Shown here: positions 1 through 8,161 of the stretch, piece after piece
How the letters are laid out: each line of letters opens with the position of its first letter
How positions within the stretch are numbered: the stretch's first letter is position 1
Origin: a virus
Length of the DNA stretch: 64,000 nucleotides
Virus record (IMG/VR): IMGVR_UViG_3300039208_000521
Strand: one strand, 5' to 3'
Notes under the pieces: model-generated
Told to the model about the DNA's origin: nothing
What the model saw: the letters and a program-made list of their open reading frames with translations, nothing else
Databases searched by the model: none
Position numbers and translations under genes: made by a program

Positions 1-234
1 GATCAAGTGGGCGCTGTACTTTTGATTCCGGGATTGGCAACAGCCGAGATACAGGTGCGGTTCTCCGATGACCCGATCGCATCGGATAATTTTGGTCCTT
101 GGGAAACGATCGACACGCAGTTTATCGAGGCTCTTAGCTGGCAATTCCGTTTGGTGCAGACGTCGACACAACCGACGGTCAACATCAGGACAACCCAGGC
201 CCGTATCCGCTTGCGGACGGCCTCTTTCACTTAG
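1..234 (+). CDS. C-terminal end of a tail tip/host-specificity protein (5' truncated)
   Basis: Frame is open from base 1; WQFRLVQTSTQPTVNIR resembles C-termini of phage central tail fibre proteins; followed by tail genes. Confidence 0.5.
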   Translation, partial: DQVGAVLLIPGLATAEIQVRFSDDPIASDNFGPWETIDTQFIEALSWQFRLVQTSTQPTVNIRTTQARIRLRTASFT

Positions 235-244
235 GTAAAGAACC

Positions 245-1204
245 ATGGCCCTACCTACAGTCGGTAATGACTATGATCTGGACGCAGGCTTAGCGGGGCT
301 GAATTTCCGGCTAGAGCTGAACGCGATCATCGAAGCCTTGAATTCGATGAACTCGGCGGTCGGTCTTCCTCCGATTACCTTTCCGTTCATGTTGCGCGGC
401 GCTTTGGACACCTCGCCCAATGAGATCCAGATCAGGAACCCGAGCGACAACGCCTTTTTGAAACTTGCCGAGATTACCGATAGCGCGATCACCATGTTCT
501 CGAATGGTGCGGCTGTCCCTTCTCTCGGCACGGAGCAGACCTTCACGGCCAATCAAAACGTCGATCGCTCGGGTGCGGCTGGCGTGTTCACGGTTGGTTC
601 CGATCTATCAGCCGGCGTTTCTGGTCGTCTCGACTTTCGGGCCCACAATTCAGTTGGAGCGAATGTCTCCGGTGTCCAGCTAGCCTGCACCGTTGAAAAC
701 AATGCCCAAGGAGCCGAAGACTTCTTCCTTGATGTCCAAGTGGTCCGAGGGGGTAGCACGCAGACGGTTGCAAGGCTCGGCAGCATCGCGGACTTCACGC
801 AAAGTGGGGGGCAAACGCTCAATGCTACGGTATTACAACAAGCCGGAATTACTCTTGCTCAGATCGTTAGGGAAGCGGCCGGCCGTTTTCAGAATCAGGC
901 TGATTTCAGCGTGGATATTGCTAGCTTTACGCAAGACCAAGAGGGCAGCATGTTCCGCTTTAACGGAAGCTCAAACGTCACGGTCAGACTGAACAAGCTG
1001 GCAAGAAACACCATCATCGGTTTTCAGAACGAGAGCCCAGCCGATGCGACAATCACCTTTGCGGCTGCCGTGGTCGATCCGGTCACCGATTTCCAGACAT
1101 CACGTCTCACACTGCCGAACGTCAATGGAGAGAGCCCCACTTGCTTCGTTCATTGGTACCTGTCCGATGGTCGCCGGGTGAATATCCTTGGAGATAATGT
1201 CTAA
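245..1204 (+). CDS. tail fibre / receptor-binding protein
   Basis: 319 aa; N-terminus (LNFRLELNAIIEALNSMNS...PPITFPFM...QIRN) resembles the conserved anchor of phage tail fibres. Confidence 0.6.
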   Translation: MALPTVGNDYDLDAGLAGLNFRLELNAIIEALNSMNSAVGLPPITFPFMLRGALDTSPNEIQIRNPSDNAFLKLAEITDSAITMFSNGAAVPSLGTEQTFTANQNVDRSGAAGVFTVGSDLSAGVSGRLDFRAHNSVGANVSGVQLACTVENNAQGAEDFFLDVQVVRGGSTQTVARLGSIADFTQSGGQTLNATVLQQAGITLAQIVREAAGRFQNQADFSVDIASFTQDQEGSMFRFNGSSNVTVRLNKLARNTIIGFQNESPADATITFAAAVVDPVTDFQTSRLTLPNVNGESPTCFVHWYLSDGRRVNILGDNV

Positions 1205-2055
1205 TGTCCGGCCTTATCGGCATGATGGCAGCTGTTACCGAGCAATCTCAGTCTGGTCCTCAATCCGGTACGCCTTTGGATTATGCGGGAGATTTACGTC
1301 TGTTCTTGGACGCCGAAAACGATGTGTTCGAGGATTCAGCCGGTTTGGACCCGGCCGAAGATACCGATGACATTCTAAGATGGGATGATCAAGACACATC
1401 AGCCGCGTTCACCATCCCAGGTGGTGGGGCTGCCCCTGTCTTTCGGTCGAACGCACAGAACAGCCGACCAGGCGTCGATTTCAGTGAGGATCCAGACACC
1501 AATGGTTCATTGGCTCAGAAGTTGGCGGCAGCTGCGAGTGTGGTCGATAACCACTTTGCTTCCGGCGCTGCTACGATTGCATTTGCTTGCCGCTGGGACA
1601 AAGCGACGGATAGTCGGTTCAATACGAGAAGCACCATCGCCTCGAAAGGTTACGATCTATCAGGTGGCTGGAAACTGGACATCGATCAGTTTGGGACGCT
1701 CCGTTTTCAACAACGCCGGAGCGATAACACCACATGGCTCATTCAGGCTCCAGGCTTTTACGCTCCGAACGATGTGGTATTAGGGACTCTTACCTATGAC
1801 GGCGGGAACACGTCCGGCTCGGGATCATTCCGGCTGTATGATGGGGTCGAGTTCGTGACGACGGGCAGTGTCACCACAGGGACGGCAAGCGGTCTTGGCA
1901 CGGACACCGATGATCAGTTGGTGATCGGCAATATCCGAGATCCGAACAATGCCGATGTGAATGCTCCCTTTGAGGGAACAGTGCTCTCTCTTTGGTTCAC
2001 GAGACCCGGAACCAGTATCTTCGATGAAGGCTATATGGCGAGGTGGATACCCTAA
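1204..2055 (+). CDS. virion protein with concanavalin A/LamG-like lectin domain
   Basis: 283 aa; LRLFLDAEND, TIASKG...GGWKL, LVIGN...PFEGTV pattern typical of LamG folds. Confidence 0.6.
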   Translation: MSGLIGMMAAVTEQSQSGPQSGTPLDYAGDLRLFLDAENDVFEDSAGLDPAEDTDDILRWDDQDTSAAFTIPGGGAAPVFRSNAQNSRPGVDFSEDPDTNGSLAQKLAAAASVVDNHFASGAATIAFACRWDKATDSRFNTRSTIASKGYDLSGGWKLDIDQFGTLRFQQRRSDNTTWLIQAPGFYAPNDVVLGTLTYDGGNTSGSGSFRLYDGVEFVTTGSVTTGTASGLGTDTDDQLVIGNIRDPNNADVNAPFEGTVLSLWFTRPGTSIFDEGYMARWIP

Positions 2056-3662
2056 CCACCAAACCTCGGCTCTTGGACCGCAACAGTGCCGACTTGATCG
2101 AAGAAACTATCTCCGGGTGACACGCGCTTCAAATCTTCCGGGCTCTGTCGAACGACCCTCTGCCGGAAAGCATTCCTGAACACACTCTCCAAGGTGATGG
2201 TGATCGTGCTCTCTCGATCATTATCGTTCAGGCTCATATTAGTGATGAACCCGGAGAAGATGGTCTCGACTGCTTCGATTGAATCGTCGTCACCTCGGTT
2301 GCCAAGAATGATAGTGGCTCGTCTGTTTCGATAATTCTCAGTGAGAGCGATGCTTCGAAGCTCTTCGCTCTGTCCGTTCATTTCAATAGAAGCGTTCGAA
2401 ATGTTTGTGTCTAAGCTGTTTCGAATTGTGATACCGGAAGTTACTCCGGCTAAAGCCTGGTAAGTTTTCTGAGCAAATTCTCCTTCTACATTTCGCGTCC
2501 ATATATTGACCTCGCCAGATGCGAAGAAAAGATCAACCAGGAATACCGGTCGTTGTGCATTTGCAAAGCTGTCTTCGATTGGTGTTGCCGGAACAATTGG
2601 CACAGGCAGGGCAGCATTCGCCGTGCCCCCTGAGACAGCATCACCGGTCGCTCTCGCCCCGCCAAACTCAGACGCATTGGCCGTGCCGCCGGCTGTTGCA
2701 TCGCCCCGAGCGGAAGCAAGGACATTGGTTTGACCGTTCGCCGTGCCACTGGACACCGAAGGCGCGTTGGTCGAGGCCAAGATGAAGATGCGGAGATCGG
2801 CCGTTGAGCCCGAGACACTATCCGAGGAGCCGGATAGTCGAATTTCATGGTCGAGATTAGCTTGGGAACCGGAGACCGAGTCACTGGATCCGGCAAGCAA
2901 CTTGCCGACCTCAAGGTCAGCCGTTGAACCTGATACAGAGTCGATGGACCCCGAGAGCTCAACGGCTGCCAATGGGCGAAGAGAGGCCGCAATGTGGGCA
3001 TTGGCTCTGAAATTGGCGTCGCCTGCGGTAAGGGTAAGATCCGCTGTGACACTTGTTCCGGTGTTCGGTGTCACGCCACCAATGGAGTAGTCAACGCCGC
3101 CGGATCCGGTCTCTTCGCTGACAAGTTCAGCTAGTGGCGAGGCATAGGTGACCCCGCCCGGAGCTCCGGGAATATCGATACCGATCGCCGAGATAACGGC
3201 ACCGTCGGCGACCGTGGTTAGAGTTATATCGATGTTGGAGTTGACGTTTGCCGTCGTATCGAAAACCGAGGTGCCGTTGCTGGCCACCGTTGGCGATGCT
3301 TGATCGACCCCATCATAGCAGGTGGCAAGGATACGGAATGACCCAGCCGAAACACCGCCGGCCCCGCTCGGCAAGGTAAAGGCTGACCCGACAGCTAGAT
3401 CAAGCTCGTCTTCATCCAGAATCCAGAGCGACATAACCGGGGCGATGAACCCGGCTGTATCAAACCCAAGCTCTTCCACGACCTTGGTCATGGCGCGACC
3501 GCCATAACTCAAAGCCGGGATGGTGTCGGCTGCTTCGCCTTGTCCTCCTGCAACAGCAACCAACATACGGCTGCCAGCGCCCGCACTTACCGTGAAGCTG
3601 CCGAGTACTGTCGTGCTTGTGGTGCCGGTATCGGCCCAAGCGTTGAGGATAGAGACAGCCAT
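2052..3662 (-). CDS. tail protein: N-terminal beta domain, three 20-aa Ser/Gly repeats, C-terminal lambda gpL-like tail hub domain
   Basis: C-terminus RPVFLVDLFFASGEV...IFSGFITNMSL...ITITLES...QSPEDLKRVSPGDSFFDQV resembles siphophage minor tail/hub proteins; repeats shared with 56375-57532. Confidence 0.6.
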   Translation of the reverse strand: MAVSILNAWADTGTTSTTVLGSFTVSAGAGSRMLVAVAGGQGEAADTIPALSYGGRAMTKVVEELGFDTAGFIAPVMSLWILDEDELDLAVGSAFTLPSGAGGVSAGSFRILATCYDGVDQASPTVASNGTSVFDTTANVNSNIDITLTTVADGAVISAIGIDIPGAPGGVTYASPLAELVSEETGSGGVDYSIGGVTPNTGTSVTADLTLTAGDANFRANAHIAASLRPLAAVELSGSIDSVSGSTADLEVGKLLAGSSDSVSGSQANLDHEIRLSGSSDSVSGSTADLRIFILASTNAPSVSSGTANGQTNVLASARGDATAGGTANASEFGGARATGDAVSGGTANAALPVPIVPATPIEDSFANAQRPVFLVDLFFASGEVNIWTRNVEGEFAQKTYQALAGVTSGITIRNSLDTNISNASIEMNGQSEELRSIALTENYRNRRATIILGNRGDDDSIEAVETIFSGFITNMSLNDNDRESTITITLESVFRNAFRQRVVRQSPEDLKRVSPGDSFFDQVGTVAVQEPRFGG

Positions 3663-3668
3663 AGGCTG

Positions 3669-4115
3669 TTAGTCCAACGTCAGTTCAAGTTCCCCGGCGT
3701 TGAAGCTCAATGCTTCGCCGTCGTTGATCGTTCTGGTTGCCGTTAGAGCTAGAATGAATAGAAGATTGCCACCACTTGCAGCATCGAAGAAGCCGATATG
3801 GGTGACATCTCCATGGTTGCCGCCGCTTGCGGCTGCGAATGTCACGGCTGACGAGTTCTCGATCAAGGAAGGATCGGCGTCGGTCGCGATGGTGAACCCA
3901 TTGCCGGTGCCCCCAGGCAGAGGAAAGCGGGCATAGCCATTACCAACTGGCTCCGTGAACCCTGCCCCGGTCTCAGCCGGCGCCGAGACACCGATATGAT
4001 AGCCAATGTGTGTAGGGATATTGCCGGTTAGGGCACTGTAGTTCGGGGACTGAGGTGTTGCTCCCCCGATCCAGGAGTTCAGCACACGGCGTGCTGCGAA
4101 ATTCGTGAAGGACAT
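3669..4115 (-). CDS. small virion/tail protein, paralog of 57901-58321
   Basis: TEPVGNGYAR...VTFAAASGGNHGDVTHIGFFDAASGGN...FNAGELELTLD aligns by eye with 57901-58321. Confidence 0.7.
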   Translation of the reverse strand: MSFTNFAARRVLNSWIGGATPQSPNYSALTGNIPTHIGYHIGVSAPAETGAGFTEPVGNGYARFPLPGGTGNGFTIATDADPSLIENSSAVTFAAASGGNHGDVTHIGFFDAASGGNLLFILALTATRTINDGEALSFNAGELELTLD

Positions 4116-4172
4116 ATCAGGCCCCGCGTTAAAGACATCGAGACCTTTTTACAACAAGAAGACGGGGTTGAG

Positions 4173-4682
4173 CTAGGTCTTTGCTGGTATGCTGTTTTGA
4201 TTAAGAAAGGTTCGAAGATTTTCGGCGTCTTCCTGAACATTAATTGGTGACGGTGGTTTGTTGTCTTGTTCGTATCCCGCCAAGGCCTCTAAGACGGCAG
4301 TTTTCTTCTTCGGTCTGTTGTCGATTAACATGCCTGCTTTAGAGGCATCCATGAGAATGGCGCAACATGCCATGACGTGACCAAGATGGTGGACACCACT
4401 GTCCGGGGCGATCTCCTCGCCCGCCATCCATGCCATGAGATGACGACGGGCAGCCGCAATGTAGGTCAAAGCCTCTACCGGATTCTCATGCCAATTAAAG
4501 GCACCATATTTATCCGCTCCATTTTTATGCGCCTTTGCCCACTCAATCTCAGCAATCGCAGGTAGAAGATGGAGCGGAACCTTAGCGTCCCCATAAATCT
4601 GTTTGGGACTGGTCGGCATTTCGTAATATTTTTGACGATCTTCTGGAGAAAGTTCAGGAAAATCTCGGCGGGGCGTGGTCAT
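4173..4682 (-). CDS. dATP/dGTP diphosphohydrolase-domain protein (DUF5664-like)
   Basis: K..LHLLP...GADKYGAFNW...YIAAARRHL.AW..GE..APDSGVHHLGHVMACCAIL matches the family signature. Confidence 0.8.
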   Translation of the reverse strand: MTTPRRDFPELSPEDRQKYYEMPTSPKQIYGDAKVPLHLLPAIAEIEWAKAHKNGADKYGAFNWHENPVEALTYIAAARRHLMAWMAGEEIAPDSGVHHLGHVMACCAILMDASKAGMLIDNRPKKKTAVLEALAGYEQDNKPPSPINVQEDAENLRTFLNQNSIPAKT

Positions 4683-4903
4683 GCTGCCGTCTTAGCCTTC
4701 GGTGCTGTCTTGTTCCGTTTCTTCTCGGAGTCGATCAACTCTTGCATATTTTTAAAGCCGAGAGCTTCGAGCAATTTTCTTTCGGCTGTCATCCGAATAG
4801 TTCGGCCGTCTTCAGTTGCCAGCCTATCGATATAGGCATGAAGAGGGAGCTCAATCCAGATTTGTTTGGTTCCCTTGGTCGCGTTCGATCTAGCCATTAA
4901 CAA
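4679..4903 (-). CDS. small DNA-binding protein (ribbon-helix-helix-like)
   Basis: 74 aa, basic; QIWIELPLHAYIDRLATEDGRTI pattern; overlaps both neighbours. Confidence 0.45.
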   Translation of the reverse strand: MLMARSNATKGTKQIWIELPLHAYIDRLATEDGRTIRMTAERKLLEALGFKNMQELIDSEKKRNKTAPKAKTAA

Positions 4904-6485
4904 AGCCCCTTAATGCTCCGAGAAGAGCCTGCGCTAGGTCTTCTCTATTTCTAAGTGCTCGGATCATGTCCTTATCGACACCGGAACAAATGATGTCGTA
5001 ATAGGTGATCACATCCACAGTGGCACCCCATCTATGTGCCCTATCTTCTGCTTGACTTCTCGTTAGCAGTGAATAGGTGTTCTCGAAAAATACCACGTTT
5101 TGACACGGGTTTGTAGGGGTTCCTATTAAAGTATGCCCAAATTTTAACACCGAAGATGATGCAATAAAGGGCTGCATGCAAGCATCCGAGTTAAATCGAG
5201 CCTTATTCCGGTCCAATTGCCCTGGATCCATCTTCGTTTTCGAGAGAGCAAAGGGTGCTTCCGGGAAGGTTTCCATCAACATCTGAAGGGTTTCATCGAA
5301 GTGGGCGAAGACGATCGTCTTGCCCGTCGAGTTCCTAATGAAGTCTTCCAAGAGCTCCAGCTTAGCGGGCTTGCCTTTACCAATTCGAATGGCTTTCCGT
5401 TCTTCGTTGTAGAGAAAACCGGAAGCTATTTGCTGGAGCTTCATTGATTTATGAAGACCTTGGTCAATTTCGACCAAATGCCCTTCAACCTCGGCATAGA
5501 GTTCATTTGCCATGGTCCGATAGGCCTTGGCTTGGGCTTCGGTCATCTTGCAAATGAGCGTAGAGGTCTTCTTCTCCGGCAGCCCCGGCGCCCATGTCTT
5601 CTTGTCCGCGAAGAAGGTTCGAGGCTTCATGATTTCTACGAGTTGGGGAATGTTCCTCTGTCCAACGACCTTTCGAGACTGGAAACCCCCCATGGAACAG
5701 AACTTATTGCGGAAGGCGAGGAACTTACCGACCGGCGCCCCGATGCCCTTGAGCTGAGCCCATAGATTATGCGGCCCCATGGGGTTCGGTTTGCCTGCGA
5801 GCATGCGACAGGTGACGGCGATCGTCGACATATCAACGCCGGCCTGTGATTGGTTTGATGAGTGGTTCATCAAGCCGGTGCTCTCATCAAAAGCTAGGTA
5901 GGGTCTTCCCCGGCGCATCCAATCAAACAAAGACTTGCCGCCTCGCTCCCGCCAAATGGCGTCATAGTTGATGATGATCACTTGGCCTTTGGTCTTGCTC
6001 GGCATCCGTTTCATATCGGGCCAAACATGGATGTCGAAGGGGTAATCCTCATCGATCATCTCTTGGTGCCAGGTCGACTTCATCGAGTTGACCGTGACCA
6101 CGACCATGCAATCATTGTAGCCGGCCTCATACATGTTCCAGAAGTCGGCGAGCGTCGTCTTGGTCTTACCGAGCCCCTGCTCCAGGAAGAAGCCAAAGCC
6201 GAATCTAGGATGAGCCCCTAAAGGCGGGGTATTGCACCGGAATAACGTGTAAGCTTGAACACCGTAAGGCGTGGACTTCAATCGCCAATTAACAGTTTCA
6301 ATCGCCTTGTTGCCGAGCTCCATTGCTTGTTCAACGGTCAACGCATCAGCAAAAACCTTGTCATCGAACGCCGGCTGTAAGTGCTCTCGTTTAAAGGTCT
6401 CCTTGTCCTCTTGGGTTATTGCTCGGGAACCTGCGTTGCCTTCTTTAAGCCAGTCCGGGGCGACAGTTACGGCTGTTTTGTTCAT
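4890..6485 (-). CDS. SNF2-like (SF2) helicase
   Basis: Walker A EQGLGKT, Walker B AFDES, motif VI QAEDRAHRWG. Confidence 0.9.
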   Translation of the reverse strand: MNKTAVTVAPDWLKEGNAGSRAITQEDKETFKREHLQPAFDDKVFADALTVEQAMELGNKAIETVNWRLKSTPYGVQAYTLFRCNTPPLGAHPRFGFGFFLEQGLGKTKTTLADFWNMYEAGYNDCMVVVTVNSMKSTWHQEMIDEDYPFDIHVWPDMKRMPSKTKGQVIIINYDAIWRERGGKSLFDWMRRGRPYLAFDESTGLMNHSSNQSQAGVDMSTIAVTCRMLAGKPNPMGPHNLWAQLKGIGAPVGKFLAFRNKFCSMGGFQSRKVVGQRNIPQLVEIMKPRTFFADKKTWAPGLPEKKTSTLICKMTEAQAKAYRTMANELYAEVEGHLVEIDQGLHKSMKLQQIASGFLYNEERKAIRIGKGKPAKLELLEDFIRNSTGKTIVFAHFDETLQMLMETFPEAPFALSKTKMDPGQLDRNKARFNSDACMQPFIASSSVLKFGHTLIGTPTNPCQNVVFFENTYSLLTRSQAEDRAHRWGATVDVITYYDIICSGVDKDMIRALRNREDLAQALLGALRGFVNG

Positions 6486-6778
6486 TCTTTCCTGTCCTTA
6501 TAGTAGTCAGGTTTTCCCCCTTGAAGAACGTCTCCAGAAAAACGGTAGTCTCCTCCTGCCATTCTGTGTTCAACAATAGATGCTAGCATTATATCTCGGC
6601 TTTCTCTGTCTCTGTTCAGTGAAGACAAAGAATATCCAGTTTTGTTGGCCACAATGACAATTAAATCTTCATCACTGCCGACAGAATCTTTATGCTGATT
6701 TATTATCTCAGAGGCTATTTTTATTAACCTGTCTATTTCTTGTTCTCGATTCATCCTTCTCGCTCCTGATGTGCCCAA
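6482..6778 (-). CDS. hypothetical protein (AT-rich insert)
   Basis: 98-aa ORF overlapping both neighbours; visibly lower GC. Confidence 0.5.
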   Translation of the reverse strand: MGTSGARRMNREQEIDRLIKIASEIINQHKDSVGSDEDLIVIVANKTGYSLSSLNRDRESRDIMLASIVEHRMAGGDYRFSGDVLQGGKPDYYKDRKE

Positions 6779-7239
6779 GGAACCTGATCATTGTTCATGA
6801 GGACAATCCGATTGACGATCAATTCAGCCGGCCAATTGGCACCACGAACCTTCACGATGTGGGCCGGGTGCTTGTTGTCGTCCAACCATGCCCGCATAAC
6901 TTGAGTATGCTGAAGATGAGGATGGCAAAGGAACAAGCCGTGAATATCGTGCCCTTGGGTCTTTCGTCGGTAACCGATGATCTTCGCACAGGTTCCCCCG
7001 GCGTCCAGCTCATCACGCATAAAGGCCCATTGCGGCCGGGTGAGAGAGACCTTTTCCGTTCGGAAGTTGGTCTCAACCGTCATCCATTTGCATTCGGCCC
7101 AAATCCCAGCCGGTTTGGTTCGAACATAGATATCAACGACGCCGGTCTTCTCGCGATGGCTCGCCTTGAAGGCATGCATGCCTCGGTTCTTGAGAGCGTC
7201 GACCAATTCGGATTGGAAGGCGGTTTCACTCGTCGCCAT
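6751..7239 (-). CDS. PD-(D/E)XK nuclease (Holliday junction resolvase/VRR-NUC-like)
   Basis: SETAFQ...GVVDIY...WAECK...LTRPQWAF motif. Confidence 0.75.
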   Translation of the reverse strand: MATSETAFQSELVDALKNRGMHAFKASHREKTGVVDIYVRTKPAGIWAECKWMTVETNFRTEKVSLTRPQWAFMRDELDAGGTCAKIIGYRRKTQGHDIHGLFLCHPHLQHTQVMRAWLDDNKHPAHIVKVRGANWPAELIVNRIVLMNNDQVPWAHQEREG

Positions 7240-7450
7240 AGACTAGATCCATGATGTTTAAAATTACAACCCGATCGGCATGCTCTTTTACGCCAAGAGC
7301 TTTGGCGATAAGTCTTTTTTGATTGTTCACCCACCCTAGGGTTGCGGGTTTATCAGAAAGCGTTGTGCTATTTCCCGTGATCTGTTCGAGACCACCCGGC
7401 AATCCGGGTCCGGCGTAATGGTAGGCAATAAGTTTACGGTAGGGCTTCAT
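7226..7450 (-). CDS. hypothetical protein
   Basis: 74-aa ORF coupled to neighbours. Confidence 0.5.
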   Translation of the reverse strand: MKPYRKLIAYHYAGPGLPGGLEQITGNSTTLSDKPATLGWVNNQKRLIAKALGVKEHADRVVILNIMDLVYGDE

Positions 7451-8007
7451 CCTACGATCTCTATGTATCGCTGCATGAACATATCGTAGACATGCTCTAT
7501 CGGCCGGATGAAAAGCAAATCACCAAAGGGCTCAACGATATCCAGATCCCCCCAACTGTCGCCATGCTTGGGCATCAAATCCCGACGTTCGGTCGCCAGC
7601 ATTCGGCGATCAATCTCCTTGATAACCGCGGGTTTCGGCATGATCAGCCGGAACTTGCCGGCGATGACTTGTTCAATTCTGGTTTCCAGTTCCCGGAAGC
7701 TGGGAATCATATCCTTTAGTTGTGTATGGACATCGGGAAGATAAGCTTCGGTCGCATCATGCAAGAGAGCCCAAAGACGGGTTTGTGGTTCGTTATGGTT
7801 CGGGTAGCAATGAACCAAGGCGTCATGGACATTAATGCTGTGTTGAGCAACCGAATAGATGTCTTGGACCCGGCCTAGGTGCTGCCCGTTGAACCGTGCT
7901 TTCCGACAAAGCGCCGTGGCGATGTCTTCGATGTCGATGGATCGAATGTCAGGATACCTGAAGTCTAGTCGTTTGCCTGTGTAAGTCAGCATCCAGGGTT
8001 CAATCAT
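7447..8007 (-). CDS. HD-domain 5'-deoxynucleotidase (YfbR-like)
   Basis: IEDIATAL...RFNG...YSVAQHS...LLHDATEAYLPD...D.RMLATERRDL. Confidence 0.85.
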   Translation of the reverse strand: MIEPWMLTYTGKRLDFRYPDIRSIDIEDIATALCRKARFNGQHLGRVQDIYSVAQHSINVHDALVHCYPNHNEPQTRLWALLHDATEAYLPDVHTQLKDMIPSFRELETRIEQVIAGKFRLIMPKPAVIKEIDRRMLATERRDLMPKHGDSWGDLDIVEPFGDLLFIRPIEHVYDMFMQRYIEIVG

Positions 8008-8161
8008 TTTTCTTCCTTTTTAAATACCAACCAAATAACAATTGTCCCTTCTCCCCCATCAATAGGAATAGATGTGACAAATTCCCAGCCAGCATTGATG
8101 TGGTGATCCAGTTCTTGTGCGGCCTCTGTTGTTGAATGAACCTTTTCAACTGTGTGAATAA

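Noticed and set aside
245-2055. Diversity-generating retroelement acting on tail genes
   Set aside because: No reverse transcriptase and no near-identical template/variable repeat pair seen in the window.
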